From NCBI GenBank assembly GCA_965203175.1, contig OZ241867.1, forward strand, positions 2,624,001-2,688,000: a DNA stretch of 64,000 nt. Direction: 5' to 3'. Below are positions 55,763-64,000 of the stretch, in pieces. Below the pieces are notes generated by a model. It was not told where the DNA came from and did not search any database. It saw nothing but the letters and a program-made list of their open reading frames with translations. A program made the translations under genes and the position numbers. This DNA is from Candidatus Latescibacterota bacterium. Lineage in GTDB: Bacteria; Latescibacterota; UBA2968; UBA8231. The stretch's first letter is position 1, and every line of letters starts with the position of its first letter.

Positions 55763-55880
55763 CTCCGCTTCCAGAATTGAGCGGATTGTGGACGCGTGGA
55801 ATCTGTGATCAAATTTCCCCTAGGTAATCTCCATTTCCGGGGCTAGAAGATTTTTTATTCACTCCCTTCTCAAAAAGGGT

Positions 55881-56390
55881 TCATCCGCTCCCGTGAGACA
55901 TGGTCGCGGCCGATTCCGGCGACGAGGTGCCCACGGAGTTGGATTTGGCGTGTTTGAATTGCACGTAGGTCGGCTGCTCGTTGGCCATCGCCATATCGGC
56001 AGCTTGGCCAAAAGCATCCATAATCTGCGCGTAATCGGAACCGTATGGCAGGCTGACAACCGTTTCTGCACCCTCGTCAACTGCCGACATGTCCTTAGCA
56101 CACGTCACTATTACCGTCATGGGCGTGTATATCCCACCGGTAAGGACATTCACCAGTCCGTTGACAAAACTCTGCTGCGTCTCAACCCTAGCTACGCCAT
56201 TTTCGCACTCGCTTTGCGCTTCAACCACCGACGGCGGCACTAGACCATATATCCAGCTATGCTTCCACAGTTCCACCGTCTTGGAACCTGGGGCAAGCCC
56301 AGTATCAATAGTCGCGTGATAACATCCGACTAAGAGAAAGAAACAAGACAAAAAAGCTAGGACGAAGTTTGTCCGCTGACGCTTATTCAC
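55881..56390 (-). CDS. Bor/Iss-family lipoprotein
   Basis: LVGC lipobox, C-ENGVARVETQQSFVNGL...TGGIYTP...C. Confidence 0.8.
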   Translation of the reverse strand: MNKRQRTNFVLAFLSCFFLLVGCYHATIDTGLAPGSKTVELWKHSWIYGLVPPSVVEAQSECENGVARVETQQSFVNGLVNVLTGGIYTPMTVIVTCAKDMSAVDEGAETVVSLPYGSDYAQIMDAFGQAADMAMANEQPTYVQFKHAKSNSVGTSSPESAATMSHGSG

Positions 56391-56573
56391 TGCAAATCCC
56401 TCCTTGGGTTAATGTGAGAAAATTACCGCCTCTTATACTGCGAATGGGCTAATCAAAGCAAACGCCAAAAGCCGTGCAATTAGGGACAGACGCAGGTGAT
56501 AGCCTTTTGCGGAATGCAGCGATTGTATCGCCGTCGAGCCTCCCCACTAGCACACCAGCGGGGATGGAATTAT

Positions 56574-57539
56574 TCACTTGCGTTTCGCCATAATCTCAGC
56601 CGCCTCAATCTGATCCACTAGCGCGATCGAGTGAATCACGTCGCGGATGTCGGTGATCGGCTGCCGGTTTTCAACCACGCAATCGAGGAAGTGCTCGTGC
56701 ATGGTCAGCAGGCCCTCGTAGCGGGGCACGTCGTCTTGAGGCACTCCGTCGACTTCCCAGCCGCCGAGGGTGCGGACCTGATTGTCCTCGTGGATTTCGA
56801 TTTCACTGGGAATTTTCATGTAGCAGCCAATGCCCACGCCATGTAGCTCCGAGCGCAACACTCGCCCGCCAGAGGCGCGGTTGCCGAGCATCACGCCGGT
56901 CGCGCGATTGTCAAAGCGCACCAGCGCCGTGTAGTGGTTGAAGCCCTCGCCGCCGAACTTGTCTTGGTAGGCCGTAACTTCCACTGGCTCGCCACCGGCC
57001 ATGTAGCGCAACAGATCGACGATGTGGACCAGGTCATTCCACAAGGTCGTAGTGAATTCGTCGGCGCGCTGCGGGAGCTGTTTGTTGAAGGTCGTCGTCG
57101 CCAGCGACACCGGGCCTTTGGCCGCCACTAGACGCATGGCCTCGCGGGTGACGGCAGTGTAGCGGCGTTGCAGACCGACCATCACCCAGACCCCTTGGCT
57201 CTCGGCCGCCGCCAAAATCGCCCGCGTCTCGTCGCTGTTGGCACCAGGCGGCTTTTCGATAAACAGGTGCTTGCCCGCGGCGATGCAATCGAGAGCTGGC
57301 TGCAGGAGCCACTTCTCGTTCATCACGCAATAGACAATGTCCGGGGCGATCTCGTCGAGCATAGCGCGGTGGTCTTGGTACGTGCGCGTAAAGCCGTACT
57401 TTGCGACCACTTGCTTGAGGCGCTCCTCGTCCAATTCGCAAACCGCAGCCATCTCCACGCGGTCGGCGAGGCGATGGACCGATGGGTAGTGGGCGCTCTG
57501 CCCGCGGCCCCCCGCGCCGATAAATCCCGCTTTAAGCAT
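56574..57539 (-). CDS. Gfo/Idh/MocA oxidoreductase
   Basis: GFIGAGG, EKP and HIVD. Confidence 0.88.
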   Translation of the reverse strand: MLKAGFIGAGGRGQSAHYPSVHRLADRVEMAAVCELDEERLKQVVAKYGFTRTYQDHRAMLDEIAPDIVYCVMNEKWLLQPALDCIAAGKHLFIEKPPGANSDETRAILAAAESQGVWVMVGLQRRYTAVTREAMRLVAAKGPVSLATTTFNKQLPQRADEFTTTLWNDLVHIVDLLRYMAGGEPVEVTAYQDKFGGEGFNHYTALVRFDNRATGVMLGNRASGGRVLRSELHGVGIGCYMKIPSEIEIHEDNQVRTLGGWEVDGVPQDDVPRYEGLLTMHEHFLDCVVENRQPITDIRDVIHSIALVDQIEAAEIMAKRK

Positions 57540-58371
57540 GATCTTCCCCTTTCTGGCACAATGCCGTAAAAAAGCGCACGTCAATCCGCGCCAAGTCGAT
57601 GACGGATTCCACTGGCTCGCCGCTGTACTCACTGTGGAAGCTGACTGGGCCGGCAAAGTCCAGCCGCTTCAAAGTCGCAATTACCGAAGGCCAATCGACA
57701 AAGCCCTGCCCCATGCGCACGACGCCGGTAGCGGGATTGCCCTGCTGCGTGATACTCAAGGGTCGCTGGTGGACCAGATCCTTCAAAGCGACTAGGCACA
57801 AGTGCGAGCGCACGATGTCTAAGGCCATGGCGACCGGCTCCCCGCACAGCGACAAGTGCCCAGGGTCGGCAAAGACGCCCACGTATTGCGGGTCACAGTC
57901 CTTGACGATGTTCATCGCGGCGCAGGCATTGAGGCCCATAGACGCGCCCGAATGATTGTGAATGACGGTCTTGACACCGTATTTTTTCGACAGCGCCTGA
58001 AACCCCTGCACAAAGCCTCGCACCTCGTCTAACTGCGTCCAGTAGGGCGTATCCGGCTGCCAGTGCCAGTAGCCGAGCTTGACGTGAGCCACACCAGCCT
58101 CGCCCAAGGCCGCGTAATACCTTTCCGCATAGTCGATGTCCGGGCGGTTGAAGTCGCCCGGAGCTGTGACCAAGGGGATGCAAAGACCGGCGTCGGCAAA
58201 GCGACGCGCGGCCTCCGGCAGAGCCGTGGCTACATTGTCGGGGTTGACCGGGTAGCCGTCGCGCACGCACAGGTCGGCCCCCTGCACGCCAATGGACTGC
58301 AAGGCGTCGATGAGTTGCGGGACATCGAGCCCCTCTAAATGCTTGGTAAATACGATATACGTCAGATCCAC
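57532..58371 (-). CDS. Sugar phosphate isomerase/epimerase (TIM barrel)
   Basis: HNHSG, DPGH, LKD and HSEY. Start placed at GTG 58371. Confidence 0.8.
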   Translation of the reverse strand: MDLTYIVFTKHLEGLDVPQLIDALQSIGVQGADLCVRDGYPVNPDNVATALPEAARRFADAGLCIPLVTAPGDFNRPDIDYAERYYAALGEAGVAHVKLGYWHWQPDTPYWTQLDEVRGFVQGFQALSKKYGVKTVIHNHSGASMGLNACAAMNIVKDCDPQYVGVFADPGHLSLCGEPVAMALDIVRSHLCLVALKDLVHQRPLSITQQGNPATGVVRMGQGFVDWPSVIATLKRLDFAGPVSFHSEYSGEPVESVIDLARIDVRFFTALCQKGEDHA

Positions 58372-58468
58372 GATGTGCGCTCCTTTCTCTATATTTGTTT
58401 GACAAAGCGAGGTAAGGGTATCAAAATATCGGCCAAGTGCCAACGACTTAAACGGAGCAAGTCGAGTT

Positions 58469-59401
58469 ATGGAAGCAATCAAGATGGAGCCCAGTCCGTC
58501 GATTGAGGTCCCCAAACCGCTCACCCCCACCCAAGTGCAGTCCTTTATCGACGACGGCTATCTCGTCGTGCCGGGCCTGATGGAAGAAGCCGAGCTAGAC
58601 GAACTCAAACGCGACCTAGTGGACGTGGCGCGCGGCCGCTACGAGTGCGATAACATCGAGCCGGTCGATCCCGCCATGAGCGACCAAGCGGTGCTGGAGA
58701 GCATCCTCTGCATCCACCAGCCCCACTACGTCAGTCCAGTCATCGAAAAGTACGTCCGCCACCCCAAAATCTGCGGTGCCCTGAGCCAGATCACGGCCGC
58801 GCACCTGCCCTTTTGGGACGGCAGCGTCAAGTGCATGCAGTCCATGTACTTCGTCAAGCCGCCCAACTTCCAAGGCCAAGCTTGGCACCAAGACGAGATC
58901 TACATCCCCACACGGGATCGCTCGCTGATCGGCGCGTGGATCGCCGTGGACGACGCCACCGTGGGAAACGGCTGCCTCTACGTCATTCCGGGATCTCACC
59001 GGCCCGGGTACCTCTACCCACAGCGTCCCCACGAAAACCCAGACGAGTTCGACTTCGCGCCCGAAAGCTACGGCTTTGACGAGAGCGTCGAGATCCCGGT
59101 TGAAGTGGAAGCCGGTGCCCTCGTATTCTTCAACGGCTATCTCCTCCATCGCTCGTACAAAAACCGCGACGACACCTATCGCCGCGTCTTAGTCAACCAC
59201 TATTGCAACGCCTGGAGCCTGCTGCCTTGGAGCATTGAAGAGGGCGAATCGCCCGCCCGCGCCGACCGGCGCAACATCGTGCCCGTGGCCGGCATCGACC
59301 CCTACGCCTGGAAGGGCTATCAAACGCCGGCCAAGTCCGTGGGGCTGCGGCACTGCAAGGCCATCGACGAGGTCCGCGCCGCCCGCGAGGATCACGCATA
59401 A
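58469..59401 (+). CDS. Phytanoyl-CoA dioxygenase (PhyH) family enzyme
   Basis: DDGYLVV, WHQD, NGCLYVIPGSH and LLHRS. Confidence 0.9.
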   Translation: MEAIKMEPSPSIEVPKPLTPTQVQSFIDDGYLVVPGLMEEAELDELKRDLVDVARGRYECDNIEPVDPAMSDQAVLESILCIHQPHYVSPVIEKYVRHPKICGALSQITAAHLPFWDGSVKCMQSMYFVKPPNFQGQAWHQDEIYIPTRDRSLIGAWIAVDDATVGNGCLYVIPGSHRPGYLYPQRPHENPDEFDFAPESYGFDESVEIPVEVEAGALVFFNGYLLHRSYKNRDDTYRRVLVNHYCNAWSLLPWSIEEGESPARADRRNIVPVAGIDPYAWKGYQTPAKSVGLRHCKAIDEVRAAREDHA

Positions 59402-59476
59402 AAATCGGCTACTCTACTTGGGGGATGGAGAAGATGCCCGGCACCCTGATCAGCATCCGACCAGGAGCGTAGGTTG

Positions 59477-59618
59477 ATGTTCGATACTAGAGATCAGATT
59501 CTGAACCAACTCCGAGCCGGCGAAGACGGCCGCTCCGAGTTCAAAGAAGTGCGCTTCGGGGATCGAGGTGTGCTAACCCCCAATACCCAAGAACTGGCCG
59601 GCGAACTCGTTGCGTTTG
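59477..59618 (+). pseudogene. Truncated Schlafen/AlbA_2-domain gene
   Basis: GEDGRSEFKE...ELVAFA(N) is cut at the stop codon of the convergent helicase. Confidence 0.75.
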
Positions 59619-62409
59619 CTATTGTGGCTGTATCCAGTTTGCTTCGCCTCGCCCCATCCGGGTGATACGGACACTTGAGCGATCAGGAGTGAACGAGACC
59701 TGTAGCAGGCTTGGTTGGATTTGTCCTAGTCGCAGTGGGATTTGAGTGAGCGGTCGATAATCCGGGGTAGTGATCGATACCTGCCCACTGGCGGAATCAA
59801 TGGCGATCCGGCCTAGAAATTCTGGATTGAAATCTGTGCTAGAGATCAACTTCCTTTCCCATTCTTGCGAGAACCATTTCTGTACCGAACTAGCGAGAGC
59901 TTCGTTTCTGAAGCGTTTCCAGATATCGCTGGTTTCTGGCGTAGGCCAGTCCGGCTGATCGGTCCAGAGCTTCATTTTGTTCGACCTGAGCCACTGATTC
60001 ATCTCGCTTCGTGAGGTAAACATCGGCTGTATTTGTTCGATGACGGTCTGCGCTGCAATACGAGAGGGCAAGCCAGATCGTACAAGCATCGCCATCATGG
60101 TCTGGGGCAACCCGGTTTCCAAACAGGCGGCTGCGCTTCCTTCTAAATGTTCGGGTTCATCGCCATTGGCTCGCCTGTGCATACGCAGGGCTTCGATGGC
60201 CCAGACTAATCGATAAACAAAGGCATCTTCGACGACACGCATGTTGTCTAGGCCAATGGCTGCAACGTCGGCACCTCCAATCCACTCACGCAGAAGCTGG
60301 TGCCAATAACTAGGCAAATCCTCGTCCGGAACAAACGGCCGGATCGACAACAGACGCTCCGCCAGACCGATCAGTGCGTCACCGAGAGTGTCGGCATCGC
60401 CTTGCAGTGCAGCATTATCGGCTTGGTCCAATAGGGCTATCAATTCGGAGGCCATCGCATCAATAGCAAGACCAGCCTCCAAACCAACACCCATGGCAAA
60501 TTGGCTTCGTCGTTGCTCGACTGTTGACTTGTTCCAGATCAGACGTGAGCGGGCTTTTAGGATAGAAAGCTGATGCTGTTTGTACTCTTCCTTGGCAAGT
60601 CTTGCTATCTGTCTCGACCAGAGCGACCCGGTAAGTGCTTCGTCGAGTAGACGCGGTAGATCGGTACTGTCGGCATCCAATGCTTCAATCAGCCCAAGGA
60701 TAGTCGCATCAAGACGCTCAATTAGGCTCTCGATCGATTCTGTCTCGCCTGGCGGATCTGTGGGGAACCAAGCCTCCTGTGCATTTGCGAGGTACTCCAT
60801 AGCGTCTCCGCGATTGAGAACTCCGCTATTGCTATTCGCCAGACGTCGCATGACCTCAGCGACGACCGCGATGATGCCGCTCAAAAGAGACCTAGCTTTC
60901 GCAGAATTGACGATGTCGCGCCATCGATTCAGCCGCCACGATTCGGCCTTATAGATGACATGGACGACAAGGCCTTCGAGATCAACGAATGCACGTCCGG
61001 CACGACCCGAGACATTAGCAAACTCCTCACCGGAAATTGGGACTTTAGAGCGATAGAGACTCGGGATGAGTAGGACAGCGGCATTGAGGTTGAGCCCTTG
61101 CGCCAATGTCGGCGAAGCCACAGTCACCCGAAACACGCCAGTAGCTAGAAGAGCTTCTACCTCGCGCAGAAACGGTTTGGGTAGACGTCCGTGGTGGATG
61201 GCAACACCAACCAGAAGGCATTGAACAGCGGGATGCTCAGCTCCGAGCCATTCCTGACCGACAGCTACAGCTCGCTGCACAAGTTCGGGATCATCGATCA
61301 GACTCGGCAGAAATCCTCGCTGATTAAGATCAATGATCGCCTTGGCATATCCCTCGACATGGTTTCTCTGTGTACAAAAGATCAGTGTGCGTTTGCCCTG
61401 ATCGAAGAACTTCCAAGCTGCGGCAAGCGTAAGTTCTTGGGTATTCTTCGGGAAGGCCGTCCTTCGAGGAGAGATCGGAGATGACTTCGAAACGAAGTGC
61501 TGAATGAAAGGGCTCTCGGACTCAAGATCAAAACTCAGTCGCGCCGAATTGCCTTGCCACACCAATGTGCCGAAACGCTGACGTGTCGGACGCCAGTCGG
61601 ATTGAATGGGAGCACCTTCAATGTCACTCCGGATCCAAGCCGTCAGGTCTTCAAGCTGATCGCCTTCTGGCAGGATCGCAGATAGGCAGACGATACGTCT
61701 GTTCTCATGATCTGGGCGTCGGAGCAGGCGTTGAACAAGATTTTCATACCGGATCTCGCGTTCACTGGGTCCGATGAGATGGCCTTCGTCGAGAATGACG
61801 AGGCCGACATCGTCGATGATAGTCGAGTCGTTTCTGAGCGCAAAATCCAATTTCTCAGGTGTAGCGATGACAATATTCTGTGTGCGAAGAGCATCCTCGT
61901 CGTCTCCTGCCACACCGCTTGTTCCATACAACGAAGAGACAGTAAAACCGAGCGTAGAAAAGGTCTTGCGAAACGACCTTTCCATCTGTGCGGACAGCGC
62001 ACGCAATGGTGTCACAATCAGAACGCGCTTACCACAAGCGAGAGCCATCAGAGCCGCAATCTCGGCTATACGGGTTTTGCCAGAACTCGTCGGCAGGGCA
62101 ACAACAAGATCGTCAGTAACATCGACTGCCCGAAGAGCGGCCTTGATCTGAGAAGGCCACAATTCGACTTCGGCAACTTTTCGGTTGTAAAGCTCCCCTA
62201 TGAAGAGCTTTCTGAGGGCTTGGTAATCCTCCGCGCCCGGAGGTCCATCATGTGGAAGGGTTTGGTGTAGACTACTCGACCAAAGGTCGTCAATCAAATT
62301 GAGCGCGATCCGTACGATCCACCATAAGGAGACAGCATTGGCGTGCTTCGTCAGTGATACAGCTTGGCGAAGTAGTCTGCGAGCTTCCTCGACGAGTACG
62401 TCGGCACCT
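59619..62409 (-). pseudogene. Ski2-like DEAD/DEAH helicase (HamB-like), 5'-truncated at an IS
   Basis: PTSSGKT, DEGH, LSA, TLAQGLN and SGRAGR. The first ~36 codons of the ORF-track model are IS sequence. Confidence 0.8.
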
Positions 62410-62410
62410 G

Positions 62411-63640
62411 GGTCGTAACGTGAGATTATCTCAGACCAGTTAGGTCTAGTGCTGGCCTTGTGCTCTTTATTTATCTCTCCAAACCGCCAAGCAAGGAGGG
62501 ATAAAGATGCAAGAGCCAAGACCAGCGTTGGAGAATTTGTGCTGTCTCAATACCCAATGCAAGACCTACGGCCAACGCGGCCAAGCCAACCTGCGGGTGC
62601 GCAAGATCTATGGGGCGGATCGGATTCGCTATCTGCGCTGTCGGTGCTGCGGCGAGGAATTTAGCGAGCGCAAAGGCACGGCGTTGTTTAACTGCAAGAT
62701 CAGCGAGGCGCAAGCCGTGTCGGTGATGGAGCATCTGGATAGTGCCTGTGGCTTGAATGCCACGGCGCGCTTGGTGGGGGTATCCAAGGATGCGGTTGGT
62801 CGTCTGCTGCGCGTGGGGGGCCGGATCAGCTATCAACTGCATGATCGGCTGGTTCGTAACGTGCATCCAGCGGCCCTCCAGTTTGATGAGAAATGGTCGT
62901 ATGTGGCCAAAAAACAACGGCACATGACGCCGATGGACGATCCGAGTGAACGGGGGGATTATTGGGATGCCAACAGCTTGGATCCGCAGAGCAAACTGCT
63001 GGTATCGCTGGTGCCTGGACGCCGTACGACCCGCACGATTCACCAAGTGGTGGCCGACGCGGCCGAGCGGCTGGCTGCCAAGGCGGGGCTGCCGGCGCTG
63101 TTTACCGATGGCGAACCGACCTATCGCGAAGCGATTGTAGCTACCTTTGGTCGGGCCTATCCCGTGCCGCGTCGAGGCCCCCGCGGCCGACCCCCGGCCC
63201 CGGTGGTGCGGATCCCCCAAGCGCTGGTGTATGCCCAGATTGTCAAACATCGGCAAGGGGGGCGGATCCAACAGATGGAAGTCCGACCGATCTTTGGCAA
63301 GGGCAAATTGGCCCAAGTCGTAGCCGATTTGGGCTGGACGAAAGCCAACACCAGCGCCATTGAGCGGTTCAACCTGACCGATCGGATGCGCAACGCACGA
63401 AAGGGGCGCAAAACCCTGCACTTTTCGCGTCGGACGGATCGGCATGATGCCCTCAGTTGGATTGGTGCGGTGCGCTACAATTTTCATCATCCGCATCGGT
63501 CCTTGCGACAGCCGACGCAAGAAGGCCGATGGCAACACAGGAGTCCGGCGATGGCCGCCGGCATCGCCGATCATCTCTATTCCTCTCTGGAACTCATGCG
63601 ACTTTGTCCGGTTGGACTGAGATAATCACAAGCTACGACC
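62411..63640 (+). mobile_element. IS1-family insertion sequence
   Basis: Imperfect IRs ggtcgtaacgtgagattatctcagacca vs reverse-complemented right end ggtcgtagcttgtgattatctcagtcca (24/28). No target duplication. Confidence 0.85.
62507..63625 (+). CDS. IS1-family transposase (single ORF)
   Basis: Cys-rich zinc ribbon, HTH, FDEKWSY, TDG, IERFN and YNF. Confidence 0.88.
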   Translation: MQEPRPALENLCCLNTQCKTYGQRGQANLRVRKIYGADRIRYLRCRCCGEEFSERKGTALFNCKISEAQAVSVMEHLDSACGLNATARLVGVSKDAVGRLLRVGGRISYQLHDRLVRNVHPAALQFDEKWSYVAKKQRHMTPMDDPSERGDYWDANSLDPQSKLLVSLVPGRRTTRTIHQVVADAAERLAAKAGLPALFTDGEPTYREAIVATFGRAYPVPRRGPRGRPPAPVVRIPQALVYAQIVKHRQGGRIQQMEVRPIFGKGKLAQVVADLGWTKANTSAIERFNLTDRMRNARKGRKTLHFSRRTDRHDALSWIGAVRYNFHHPHRSLRQPTQEGRWQHRSPAMAAGIADHLYSSLELMRLCPVGLR

Positions 63641-63755
63641 CTCAATGCAGGCTAACCTTCAATTATAGAAATGCTAAAGCTGCCGCCGACTCAACCAAGA
63701 TAGCTTGGGCCGACGGCGACGTAGTAGCGAGAGAAATATACAGTACCGCGTAGCG

Positions 63756-64000
63756 CTATTCTTCCTCCGATTCGCCCCCCTCCTCCGGATAGAGCACCAC
63801 CCGCACATAGCGGTCCATGTTGAAATACTTCTGCGCCGACTGCTGCACCGTCTCCACCGTCAGCGAATCGACCAACGCTGGATACTGAGTCAGCAGCCGC
63901 GGATCGACCCCGTTGAAGTCGAGCGACGCCAGCGACCCGACCCAGAAGCTGTTCTCCTTGAGGTCTGTCTCGCGCTGGCGTTTGCGCATTTCCTTGACCT
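63756..64000 (-). CDS. M16 (insulinase/PqqL-like) peptidase C-terminus, partial
   Basis: LKENSFW...LTVETVQQSAQKYF...VVLYPE. Confidence 0.75.
   Translation of the reverse strand, partial: VKEMRKRQRETDLKENSFWVGSLASLDFNGVDPRLLTQYPALVDSLTVETVQQSAQKYFNMDRYVRVVLYPEEGGESEEE

Noticed and set aside
62410-62519. ORF-track N-terminus of the helicase
   Set aside because: It lies inside the IS1 left end and is not native helicase sequence.
1-64000. rRNA, tRNA (including tRNA-Sec) or prophage
   Set aside because: None recognised by eye; a covariance-model scan would be needed to exclude small RNAs.

Overview
Roughly 60% GC bacterial chromosome segment. The gene content suggests an FCB-related, possibly sponge-associated lineage such as Latescibacterota; this is inferred from four enolase-superfamily enzymes, PhyH, Gfo/Idh/MocA, many sugar ABC transporters, a FlgD/T9SS-like tail and many toxin-antitoxin (TA) genes. 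A catabolic and housekeeping backbone (fbp, His6-type hisA, rsmD, solA-like, mutY, two ABC systems, ggt) is interrupted at convergent gene junctions by accessory islands. These islands carry TA modules, a type IIG restriction-modification (RM) gene, FRG-TPR, an ABC-ATPase+TOPRIM-like pair, an M9 collagenase, S8/S9 peptidases and two IS elements, each IS next to a 5'-truncated defence-like gene. Three observations stand out. (1) A peroxiredoxin-like selenoprotein split by the ORF track, with an in-frame UGA in a UxxC motif and a SECIS-like hairpin. (2) Three transposase-free TA/defence cassettes, each closed by a short direct copy of the upstream gene. (3) A BrnT toxin whose antitoxin N-terminus appears fused in frame to an FRG-TPR protein. 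No rRNA, tRNA or CRISPR array was seen. All family calls come from motif recognition by eye, not from database searches.
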